Shown: positions 52,486-61,457 of the stretch, piece by piece | How the letters are laid out: every line of letters starts with the position of its first letter | Position numbering within the stretch: the stretch's first letter is position 1 | Origin: an uncultured Pseudomonadota bacterium | GTDB lineage: Bacteria; Oederibacteriota; Muellerivitia; Muellerivitales; Muellerivitaceae | NCBI GenBank assembly: GCA_963770835.1 | Contig: CAVYRH010000026.1 | Span: forward strand, 704,001-768,000 | Direction of reading: 5' to 3' | DNA length: 64,000 bases | Program-made: the position numbers and the translations under genes | The notes under the pieces: model-generated | Seen by the model: the letters and a program-made list of their open reading frames with translations, nothing else | Database searches by the model: none | Told to the model about the DNA's origin: nothing

Positions 52486-52679
52486 TAGGCGCACCCATTT
52501 TCTTTTTGAAAATGGGTATTTCTTCGCCTTTTGAGGGCTGCGGCTCAGGCGCCCCCGATTTTCTTTATACATTCTTGAAAATTGGGGACTTCTTCGGCTT
52601 TTGAAAATGCGCCTCAGGCGTCCTTTTTCCCCTTTGGGAAAAAGGATTTCTTCGCCTTTTGAAAACTGAGGCTCAGGCC
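52486..52679. repeat. Three tandem ~60-70 nt structured units with constant flanks and variable hairpins
   Basis: Each unit reads (c/t)aggcg-[perfect or near-perfect hairpin]-ttcttcg(c/g)cttttga...(g/c)ctcaggc. Confidence 0.75.
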
Positions 52680-53152
52680 CCTTCCATGCGGCTCTGGCAA
52701 CTGATGCAGCGGGTGGCCCAGGGAATGGCCTTCAACCGGGTCATGGGGATGGATTTCTCGCAGACCTCGCAGGAGCCGTAGATGCCGCTTTCAATGTGGG
52801 AAATGGCCTTCTCGATGCGATCCAGTTCGATCCGGTCGTTTTCCATCAAAGTCACCGACAGGTGTTGGTTCAGTTCCCCCGACCCGTGGTCGGCCATGTC
52901 GCCCGGGATGTTTTGGTTGTCGGCGATCTCTTCCCTTAAGTCCTGCTCCAGATGGTTCACTTGGCCGGTGATCTCGTTGCGGCGGTGCTGGAGTTTTTCC
53001 AGGAGGGGTTGGAAAGCGGGATCGATGCGGGCTTTTTTCTTGGGAGCCTTGACGATCATGATTGGCTTGGAAGATTTGGGGGCGGACTTTTTCGCGGACT
53101 TAGGCGTTGCTTTTTTCGCGGGTTTTTTTTTCTTGAGTTTCTTGGGAGCCAT
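52673..53152 (-). CDS. DksA/TraR C4-zinc-finger protein with Lys-rich N-terminal tail
   Basis: Coiled coil with GDMAD tip; YGSCEVC...RLKAIPWATRCISCQ; GGAGG RBS before ATG 53152. Confidence 0.88.
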   Translation of the reverse strand: MAPKKLKKKKPAKKATPKSAKKSAPKSSKPIMIVKAPKKKARIDPAFQPLLEKLQHRRNEITGQVNHLEQDLREEIADNQNIPGDMADHGSGELNQHLSVTLMENDRIELDRIEKAISHIESGIYGSCEVCEKSIPMTRLKAIPWATRCISCQSRMEGA

Positions 53153-53364
53153 GGATTCCTCCAAACAAAATGGGTTCGTTAGGAACGGGATACCGTTCAG
53201 GGGCGTTGAAAAGGATAGAAGATTATGGAGGGGCCAAAAACTGTCAAGAATAAAGGGGGCATTCCGCCTGAGGAAAACCGGGGTGAAATGTCCCTGTCGC
53301 GGTCCCGGGAATCATCCTATACTTATCCCGCCGCCGCCGGTTATCAACTTAAAAAGGGGTTGCC

Positions 53365-53932
53365 ATGGCCGCCATTGGGGTTGTTATGGTTTTGTTCATC
53401 CTCGGAATCGCACTCTTGATCGTTCTTTACCTGGTTTCGGTCTACAACCAGCTGGTCCGTTACCGCGTGGAAGTGGACAATTCCTGGAGCCAGATCGACG
53501 TCCAACTGAAACGCCGCCACGACCTCATCCCCAACCTGGTGGAAACGGTCAAGGGCGTCATGGATTTCGAGAAAAACACCCTCACCCAGGTCATGCAGGC
53601 CCGGGCCTGCGGCCATGGGCGCCACCAACATGAACGACCGCCTGAAGGCCGAAAACGACATCACCCGGGGTCTGGGACGGCTTTTGGCCGTTTGGGAAAA
53701 CTACCCCGCCCTCAAATCCAACGAGAACGCCGCCCAGCTGCAGGAAGAACTGACCTCCACCGAGAACAAGATCGCCTACGTGCGGGGGCATTACAACGAC
53801 GTGGTGGCCAACTTCAATGCCATCACCCAGCAATTTCCCTCCAACCTGGTGGCGGGGCCCTTCGGGTTCACGCAAAGGGAATTCCTGAAGGCCGCCGAGG
53901 CGGAAAAAGAAGCGCCGCAAGTCAAATTCTAA
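53365..53932 (+). CDS. lemA: LemA-family protein, one apparent +1 frameshift at ~53607
   Basis: YNQLV...[24 protein letters not shown] in frame 1; ENYPALKSN...ELTSTENKI...YN...FPSNLVA in frame 2. Confidence 0.88.
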
Positions 53933-53935
53933 GAT

Positions 53936-54073
53936 TGGTCCGCGAATTTGCCCGAATTAATGTAAATAGATCCGGTTTTTGAATTTTAAAATGCAAACCA
54001 AGTACCGGACATCGAAGTTTCTTGGATTTATTCTTTTAGGTTTTCCGCGCAAATTTGCGCCGATTTGCGGCCA
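53936..54073. repeat. Imperfect inverted-repeat element with ~9-nt periodic arms
   Basis: tggtccgcgaatttgcccgaatt ... aatttgcgccgatttgcggcca. Confidence 0.45.
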
Positions 54074-54090
54074 TTATTTTTGAGGTGTAA

Positions 54091-55770
54091 ATGTTCTACG
54101 CCCTTCCCGCTGAGACGGTCTTCGAGGCCAAGGCGAGGACCCGCCGGGCCACCTTTTACCTTTTTCTCCTGCTCGTAGCACTTTATGTCTTCTTCGTGGA
54201 CCTTTTTGTCCTCACCCTCTATTTCTTCAGCCATTTTCGGGTCCATGTGGGCTCCTCTGAGATTCTGCCCGTCATCCTCTTGACCTCGCTGGGCGCGGGG
54301 GCCCTAGCGGCGGCCCATTTTTTCCATGTTCGCTCCAAGTCCCTCGACGACATGCTGGCCCCGATCGGGGCCAAACCCGCGGACGAAAAGGACGCCTATC
54401 ACCGCGAGTTCATCAACCTGGTGGGGGAAGCGGAGGCGGCCACCGGCATCCGGGGTATCCGGGCGGTGGTGATCGCCACCCCGGGGTGCAACGCCTTTTC
54501 CCTCCTGGACGGAAAGGGCCAGGCGGCCATCGGGGCCACCGAGGGGCTCCTTTCCAAGCTGGACCGCTCCGAGCTTTCGGCGGTCGTGGCCCATGAGGCC
54601 GCCCATTTGGTCCAGGAAGACTCGAGGCTGGTAGGCACCGCCTGTTTTCTCTTCGCCATCTTCGGCCAGGTCAACGCGGCCCTGGGCGGCACCTTGAGGG
54701 TGTCTACCTATAGCTCCTATGACCGGCGGTCTTCCTCGCGCGGCGGGGGCCTGTCCGGGGTCCTCTTGATCCTTTGGCTGATTTCCGGGCTGGGCTACCT
54801 GGTCACCCGGCTGATTTCCATGGCCATCTCGCGGGAAAGGGAATACCTGGCCGACGCCGACGGCGTTTCCATATGCAAGGACCCCTTCGCCCTAGCCGAG
54901 GGCCTGGACAAGATTTCCCGCCGCTGGCGTGGGAACATCGCGGATACCTACGCGGCGCTTTTTATCCTCAACCCCTCTGAATCGAACATGGACGAACAGG
55001 AAGGTTTTTTTTCCGACCTCTTCAGCAACCACCCGCCGGTTTCCAAGAGGCTATCCAAGCTCCTCACCTGGGCCAAGTCGGACCTGATCGCATTGCGAGA
55101 AGCGGAGGATATGGAAGATAAAACCGGGGTGCCCCAGGCTTCCCCGGCCCCGGGGGCGGCTCCCCCCCTCGCTACTTTCATGGCCTACCAAAACAACCAA
55201 TGGGCGGGGCCCTATTCCCCGGCCCAATTGCTGGCCATGGGCTTCATGGCGCCGACCACCTGGGTTTGCCCCGCTGGAAGCCAGGAGGTTTCCCGGGCTT
55301 CCGACCTTCCGGAGCTTCTCCCCCTTTTCCAGCAACAGGTCCAGGGCTCGGTGTCCAACGACCCCTGCCCCCGCTGCAAGGTGCCCTTGGTTAAGGTCCA
55401 ATACGAGGGGGCGGAAGCGGAACAATGCACCTTCTGCAAGGGCTACCTGCTGGGCTCGGGGGTATTGGAGCGCATGATCGCCCGGGACGAAGTGGCTTTT
55501 TCGCCCGAGGAAATCAAGAAAGTGAAGGTTTGGCGGGATTCCCAGCGCGGCCCCTTGAAGGACCGGGACCATTTTCCCGAGATCAAATGCCCCTATTGCC
55601 AAAGCCCCATGTGCAAGGGCATCCATTCCATGTTGACCCAAGTGGTCATCAACCATTGTTCCAACGGCGCCTGCGGCGCCATCTGGTGCGACGGCGGGGA
55701 ATTGGAAACCATCCAAATGATCATCCAGGACGCCCATGCCGTCCCGGCCGCCGGCAGCCTGGCCTCTTGA
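54091..55770 (+). CDS. HtpX-like M48 zinc metalloprotease with C-terminal GYF-like segment and two zinc ribbons
   Basis: NAF, ELSAVVAHEAAH (HExxH), SREREYLAD, NHPP; QWAGPYS; CPRC/CTFC and CPYC/C...CGAIWCDGGEL. Confidence 0.82.
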   Translation: MFYALPAETVFEAKARTRRATFYLFLLLVALYVFFVDLFVLTLYFFSHFRVHVGSSEILPVILLTSLGAGALAAAHFFHVRSKSLDDMLAPIGAKPADEKDAYHREFINLVGEAEAATGIRGIRAVVIATPGCNAFSLLDGKGQAAIGATEGLLSKLDRSELSAVVAHEAAHLVQEDSRLVGTACFLFAIFGQVNAALGGTLRVSTYSSYDRRSSSRGGGLSGVLLILWLISGLGYLVTRLISMAISREREYLADADGVSICKDPFALAEGLDKISRRWRGNIADTYAALFILNPSESNMDEQEGFFSDLFSNHPPVSKRLSKLLTWAKSDLIALREAEDMEDKTGVPQASPAPGAAPPLATFMAYQNNQWAGPYSPAQLLAMGFMAPTTWVCPAGSQEVSRASDLPELLPLFQQQVQGSVSNDPCPRCKVPLVKVQYEGAEAEQCTFCKGYLLGSGVLERMIARDEVAFSPEEIKKVKVWRDSQRGPLKDRDHFPEIKCPYCQSPMCKGIHSMLTQVVINHCSNGACGAIWCDGGELETIQMIIQDAHAVPAAGSLAS

Positions 55771-55980
55771 TTTTAGAATTTCTCTTTAAAATAACTCTCG
55801 AACCATATATGGGGTAGAAACCCAGCGGGGCCTACCAGGGGCATTATTTTCACTGTTTTTACGGACCCCCAAGTAGCCTGTTTGCGGGAAAAAGGTATAA
55901 TTTGGCAACTTAATTTATAAATCGTTGAAGCTAAGCCGATATAAACCAACACCTTTCAACACCAATGGAGCTGCCGTACC

Positions 55981-58900
55981 GTGTGCCGATTAAAAATCTC
56001 ATATTATTCAGCCGCTGCCGCGCTGACCGCCTTTTTCTTCCTCGGGGTTTCGCCGCTTTTCGCCCAGATCACCCTCACCAAAACCGTCAATGTCACCAGC
56101 GCCGCTCCCGGCAATCCCATCACCTATATCCTTAATTACGCCAACGCCAGCGCCCCCACGACTTGTTCGGACAGTTTCGAGGGGGACACCCTTGGCGTGA
56201 TCCCTCCGGGTTGGACCGAAAACCTGGCCGACTGGACGGTGGTCAGTGACACCACCGACGCCCCGGAAACCCAGGCGGCCCAAGGTGCGGCCCCCAACGG
56301 GCAATATCCCCTCCTCCTCAACAGCTGCGCGGGACAGGTGGGGGACGGGTATATCCAAACGGACATGAAGATCACCACCGCCGGGAACACGGGGGTCCTC
56401 CTTTGGCGTTTCAGCGGCACCAACACCCCCACTTTTGTGAACGGCTCCAACTACCAGGCCCTGATCACCACCGGAACGGCCAACAACGTCTCGGTGAATT
56501 ATTACGACAACGGGGGCACGGGTTTCCATAACGTGGCCACGGGAAACGCCACTATCACGGCCGGGGTCTGGGCCATTATCCTCTTCCAGGTGACGGGCAC
56601 CGGGTCGGGGACGGTCACCCTTTCCCTCTCGGTCAACGGCACCCAGGTCATCGCTCCCACGACGACGACCTTCAATATCGGCTCGGGCCAGGCGGGCATC
56701 CAAGCCAACAGCGGGTCGACGGTGAGGTTCGACAAAGTCTCCATCGTCAAATTCACCCAGACCTACAACGTCACGGTTTCCGACACCCTTCCGACCGGGT
56801 TGACTTACGTTTCTTCCACCGGCGCACCCTTCGTCAGCGGCCAAAACGTGGTTTGGAACCTGGGGAACCTGGCCAACAACGCCTCCGGCGCCTTGACCGT
56901 CACGGGCACCGCCAATACCTGTGGCACAACCCTTATTAATACGGGGGAAGCGGACAGCGGTCTTCCCCAAGCCGGCGTGGTTTCGGCCCCGGTTTCCACG
57001 ACGCTTTCGGCCTGTTCGGCCACCCCCACTTCCACCCCCACCCGGACGCCCACCCAAACCCCCAGCCCGACGCCCACCAACACCGCGACTTTCACCCTCA
57101 CGAATACGGCCACCTCCACCGCCACGGATACGGCCACGCTGACGCCCACCGACACCTCCACCCAAACACCCACCGCCACCGTAACTTTCACACCCACGAA
57201 AACAACCACCTTTACCCCGACGAATACGCCAACGTTGACGCCGACAAACACGGCTACGTTGACGGCCACTCTCACGCCCACCAGCACGACCACGAATACT
57301 CCTACCCTTTCATCGACCGCCACCGCCACCCTCACCGCGACGAATACACCGACGGCTACGACGTCAAGCACCCCTACGGGTACGGCAACTTCGAGCCCCA
57401 CTTCGACCCCGACGAGTACCTTCACCCTGACAGCGACCAACACCGCGACAGGCAGCGCCACGAACACGCCGACGAATACGCCCACCAACACGGCGACGGG
57501 TACACTCACTTCCACGGCTACCCAGACCCCTACCAATACCGCCACAGATACCGCTACGAATACGCCGACGAACACGACTTCCAATACCCCTACTGCTACG
57601 GCCACAAAAACACCCACCCAAACGACCACGGATACTCCTACCTCTACGGCCACTTCCACGCCGACTTCGACCGCCACCAATACCTTTGCGGATACGGCCA
57701 CCCAAACCCCCACCAGCACCTCGACTTCCACTGCAACCTCCACCGCCAGCGCCACCCCGACGGCCACCGCCACGAACACGCCCAGCTTGACCGCCACCTT
57801 CACCCCAACTTCAACGGCGACCCCTAGCCCGACTTCAACGCCGACCCTGACAGCGACCCTGAGCCCCACCCTAACGCCCAGCTCCACACCCACTCAAACG
57901 ACGACGGTCACACCCAGTTCCACCCCGACGAATACCTTCGCGAACACGGCCACGAACACCCCGAGCGGTACACCTACCCCGACGCCTAGCTTGACCGCCA
58001 CCTCCACCTCGACCTTGACGGCCACCTTAAGCCCGACCTCAACGCCCAGCTCCACAACCACTCAAACGACGACGGCCACGCCCAGTTCCACCCTGACGAA
58101 TACCTTCGCGGATACGGCCACGAACACCCCGACCGGTACGCCTACCCCGACGCCCACCCTGACCGCCACCTCCACCCCGACTTTGTCGGCGACCCTAACC
58201 CCGACCTCAACGCCGACCGGCACCGCCTCCCGGACGGCCACTTTCACGGCCACTTCCACGCCCACTCAAACAACGACGGCCACGCCCAGTTTTACTCCCA
58301 CGAATACCTTCGCCGATACCGCGACCCGGACCCCGACTAACACGCCTACCTCCACCGCCACATCGACGCCTTCCAGTACCATCACGGCCACCCCGTCAAA
58401 GAGCCCCACGGCCACACCCACCGGGACGAAGGCTTCCACGCCTACGGCTACCGCCAGCTTCACGGTCACGCATACGCTCACGGCGACGCCTTCTAAGACC
58501 CTGACTGGCACCCCCACGCCCACCGCCACCCGGACGCCCACCGGAACTATGACGTCCACCCCGCTCAATACGTTGACGGCTACGCCATCAAGTACTCCCA
58601 CGGGTACCGCCACGAATACCCCCACTTGGACCCCGACCGCGTCGCCGACTTTCACGCAAACGGGCACGATCACCCCGCCCTTTACCGCCTCTTGCGCCTC
58701 CGAATCGGTCAGCATCTTCAATTCCCAGGGCGAATGGGTCGCGACCCTTTGCGGCCGGTTGTCTCCTCCAGCGCCCCAAGAACTGAACCTGACGGTTTCC
58801 ACCTTCGTTCCCAACCCCTCGGGACCCGGCGGCACCCTCACGCTTTTCCTCGACGGCCAGGTGATGGCGGTTTGGGACGCCACGGACAAGGGGGGGAATG

Positions 58901-59298
58901 TAGTGCCCAATGGTTTCTACCACCTCATCATCACCCAGGCCTTCACCGACGGGACCCAGGTGGTCCTCAACCGGGGCGTCTATGTGGGCCCCTATTCCCA
59001 GGCCACCCGGGTGCAGATGGTGGTGGAGCCCAACCTCATCCATTCGGAAGGCACCGTCCAAATATCGGCGGTGGTGGAAGGAAACCCCGTGCAGGGCGCC
59101 GGGGCCATCCGGATTTACGCCTTGAACGGGGAACTCTTGCGGAGCTTGGGCGCCGTCAATGGGCAAGCCACGTGGGATTTGACGAACCGGGAGGGGCAGC
59201 CGGTGGCGTCCGGGATTTACCTGATTGCGCTCAACGTGATGGACCCTAAAACGGGCAGCCCCGCCAACAAAATCGCCAAGGTGTTGGTTTTAAGGTAA
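55981..59298 (+). CDS. Secreted Thr/Pro-rich surface protein: signal peptide, DUF11-like domain with inserted lectin-like beta domain, ~550-aa stalk, two FlgD-like/CTD domains
   Basis: LFA|Q, LTKTVNVTSAAPGNPITY, VTVSDTLPTGLTYVSS; C-terminus IYALNGELLRSL...WDLTNREGQPVASGIYL...KVLVLR. Confidence 0.85.
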   Translation: MCRLKISYYSAAAALTAFFFLGVSPLFAQITLTKTVNVTSAAPGNPITYILNYANASAPTTCSDSFEGDTLGVIPPGWTENLADWTVVSDTTDAPETQAAQGAAPNGQYPLLLNSCAGQVGDGYIQTDMKITTAGNTGVLLWRFSGTNTPTFVNGSNYQALITTGTANNVSVNYYDNGGTGFHNVATGNATITAGVWAIILFQVTGTGSGTVTLSLSVNGTQVIAPTTTTFNIGSGQAGIQANSGSTVRFDKVSIVKFTQTYNVTVSDTLPTGLTYVSSTGAPFVSGQNVVWNLGNLANNASGALTVTGTANTCGTTLINTGEADSGLPQAGVVSAPVSTTLSACSATPTSTPTRTPTQTPSPTPTNTATFTLTNTATSTATDTATLTPTDTSTQTPTATVTFTPTKTTTFTPTNTPTLTPTNTATLTATLTPTSTTTNTPTLSSTATATLTATNTPTATTSSTPTGTATSSPTSTPTSTFTLTATNTATGSATNTPTNTPTNTATGTLTSTATQTPTNTATDTATNTPTNTTSNTPTATATKTPTQTTTDTPTSTATSTPTSTATNTFADTATQTPTSTSTSTATSTASATPTATATNTPSLTATFTPTSTATPSPTSTPTLTATLSPTLTPSSTPTQTTTVTPSSTPTNTFANTATNTPSGTPTPTPSLTATSTSTLTATLSPTSTPSSTTTQTTTATPSSTLTNTFADTATNTPTGTPTPTPTLTATSTPTLSATLTPTSTPTGTASRTATFTATSTPTQTTTATPSFTPTNTFADTATRTPTNTPTSTATSTPSSTITATPSKSPTATPTGTKASTPTATASFTVTHTLTATPSKTLTGTPTPTATRTPTGTMTSTPLNTLTATPSSTPTGTATNTPTWTPTASPTFTQTGTITPPFTASCASESVSIFNSQGEWVATLCGRLSPPAPQELNLTVSTFVPNPSGPGGTLTLFLDGQVMAVWDATDKGGNVVPNGFYHLIITQAFTDGTQVVLNRGVYVGPYSQATRVQMVVEPNLIHSEGTVQISAVVEGNPVQGAGAIRIYALNGELLRSLGAVNGQATWDLTNREGQPVASGIYLIALNVMDPKTGSPANKIAKVLVLR

Positions 59299-59351
59299 CG
59301 CATCATTAACAATTTGCCCGGCCTGTCGTCATCCATTACCATGCTTTCACC

Positions 59352-60398
59352 ATGGAAATTGTCCTTCTGCGGCTGGACCGCATCGGCGACTTCATCCTGG
59401 GTATTCCCGCCTACCGGGCCTTAAGGAATACCCATCCGGACGCCCATATTTCCGTGGTGGTCCCCTCACCGGTGGCCGAACTGGCCAAGGTCTGCCCCTT
59501 CTTCGATGACGTTTACATCTTCGACGCCCTCTGGCTTTTGCCGGACTACGCGCCCCTGGACCGGTGGAAATCGGCCTGGCATTTGGTGAAGTTCCTCCGT
59601 TCCAAACCCATCGACCTTCTTTTGGATTTCCGGTACCAGAACCGCCTGGATCCGCTGGTGGCGGGCCTTTCGGGCGCCAAGCAAAGGGTGGGTTTCAACC
59701 TGGGTTGGGTCAGCCGGTTTTTAACGAAAAAAGCCGCCCCGCCGGCGGCGGAACTGCACCAAGTGGACCGCAACCTCCAGTTATTGCAGGTTCTCGGGAT
59801 TACCACGGCCGACCGGAAACTCGAAATGTGGTTCGACGAACACGACCACAAAACGGGGGAAAACCAACTGCCGGCCCAGGAACTTTTACCCGGCCTTCCC
59901 CGCATCGCGGTGCATATCGGGGCGGCCACGCCCTCCAAGCGGTGGCGGGAAGAGAGCTTCGAGGTGCTGATCCACGAACTGCACGCCAATACCCAGGCCG
60001 ATATCGTGGTCATGGGAGGAGAGGGGGACTTGGGGTTCTCCCAAGAGGTGGTGGACGGCTTGGAATGCCCCATCGTCAACCTGGTCGGGAAACTTTCCCT
60101 GCGGCAGATGGCGGCTTTAATGAAGGATTGCAAAGTCTTCATCGGCTGCGATTCCGGGGCCACCCACCTGGCGGCGGCCTGCGGTGTGCCGGTGGTCTGC
60201 CTTTTCTCGGGGGCCAATGAAGTGGAAGTTTGGAAGCCCTGGGGGCCGAAGGTGAAGGTGCTGACCCAGCACCCGTCTTGTTCCCCCTGCAAGAGCCACG
60301 ATTGCCTGAGGACCGACGGTTATTTCTGCATGGCGGAAATCAAGCCGGAGGACGTGATCGCCGAAGTAAAGGCGATTTTATTAGAGGAACTTCACTAG
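59352..60398 (+). CDS. GT9-family glycosyltransferase (heptosyltransferase-like)
   Basis: RLDRIGD, HIGAATPSKRW, GCDSGATHLAAA, CSPC. Confidence 0.9.
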   Translation: MEIVLLRLDRIGDFILGIPAYRALRNTHPDAHISVVVPSPVAELAKVCPFFDDVYIFDALWLLPDYAPLDRWKSAWHLVKFLRSKPIDLLLDFRYQNRLDPLVAGLSGAKQRVGFNLGWVSRFLTKKAAPPAAELHQVDRNLQLLQVLGITTADRKLEMWFDEHDHKTGENQLPAQELLPGLPRIAVHIGAATPSKRWREESFEVLIHELHANTQADIVVMGGEGDLGFSQEVVDGLECPIVNLVGKLSLRQMAALMKDCKVFIGCDSGATHLAAACGVPVVCLFSGANEVEVWKPWGPKVKVLTQHPSCSPCKSHDCLRTDGYFCMAEIKPEDVIAEVKAILLEELH

Positions 60399-60472
60399 GA
60401 TAAACCGGTTGGTGGTTGCCGCCGAACGAAGGTTGAATTTCTTTAACTGACTTTATTTCCAGGGAGGGAAGT

Positions 60473-60889
60473 ATGAAGAAGTCTTATAAAATTATCTGGG
60501 GGCTCCTGACGCCCGCGCCCATCGTCATGATCGCCGCCGGCGTCCTGTGTTTTTTGTTCGCGATTTTAAAAAACCTTCCCGAGAAGGGAGTGACCGCCGC
60601 TCCCCAAATGCCAGAGCAGTTAATTGGGGGTCTGCTGATTTTTTACGGCCTCCTCCTCCTTGGAATTTTTTTGGGCTTCTTCATCCACATTTCATATTTC
60701 ATCCACCTGATCCGCAAGGACGACATGAACAAGGACATGAAAACGCTGTGGGTGGTCCTCTTCCTGGTCTTAAACATCATCGCCAATATCGTTTATTGGT
60801 TCATGGTGGTCTTGCCGGAGCCGGAATCCACTTCCCAACCGGAAATACCCGAAGACGTCCCCGTCAAAAGAACCCGAAAGAAGAAGTAA
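60473..60889 (+). CDS. Hypothetical membrane protein
   Basis: GGAGG RBS; 3-4 TM helices. Confidence 0.7.
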   Translation: MKKSYKIIWGLLTPAPIVMIAAGVLCFLFAILKNLPEKGVTAAPQMPEQLIGGLLIFYGLLLLGIFLGFFIHISYFIHLIRKDDMNKDMKTLWVVLFLVLNIIANIVYWFMVVLPEPESTSQPEIPEDVPVKRTRKKK

Positions 60890-60893
60890 GACT

Positions 60894-61457
60894 TTACTCC
60901 AACAGCAAAATTTCCTCCGGATCGAGGAACCGCCACTTGCCCGATTCCACATCCAGCTTGAGGCCGCCGATTTGGACGCGCTTTAACTCTAGCACCTTCA
61001 GGGGCGTCCCGAATTTGGGGTCCTTGAGGGCGCCGAACATGCGGCGGATATGGCGGTTCTTGCCTTCGTCCAATTCCACTTCGAGCCGGGTTTTTGGCCC
61101 GGCCCCGCCCTGGATTTCAACCCGGACGGCTTTCAGCAACTCATCTTTGTCCTTTATCCCTTTTATCAATTGACCGATGTGGTCTTGGTTCACGTGTCCC
61201 CGCACCCAAACCTCGTAAACCTTGTGGCAGGAACCAGGGCGGGTGAGGCGGTCGGCGAGTTTTCGGTCCTGGGTGAAAAGAAGCAAGCCCTTGGAATCCA
61301 AGTCCAAACGGCCCACGGGCATCCAGCCCTCAGCATAAGCCCAATCGGGGAGGAGGTCATAAACGGTCTTGCGGCCTTTTTCATCCGAGCGGGTGACGAC
61401 GTAGCCTTTGGGTTTATTCAGTATTAAAAGGCGGGGAGACTTGTTGAAAACGGTCAT
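60894..61457 (-). CDS. RsuA/RluE-family pseudouridine synthase (no S4 domain)
   Basis: LNKPKGY, VGRLDLDSKGLLL, EGKNRHIRRM, LKRVQIG. Confidence 0.9.
   Translation of the reverse strand: MTVFNKSPRLLILNKPKGYVVTRSDEKGRKTVYDLLPDWAYAEGWMPVGRLDLDSKGLLLFTQDRKLADRLTRPGSCHKVYEVWVRGHVNQDHIGQLIKGIKDKDELLKAVRVEIQGGAGPKTRLEVELDEGKNRHIRRMFGALKDPKFGTPLKVLELKRVQIGGLKLDVESGKWRFLDPEEILLLE

Noticed and set aside
52486..52679. Mini CRISPR array
   Set aside because: Only three units, degenerate repeats, self-complementary 'spacers' and no cas genes in the window
49729..53607. Programmed frameshifting or phase variation in four genes
   Set aside because: No slippery heptamers or long homopolymers at the sites; all are +1 insertions clustered locally, consistent with read error
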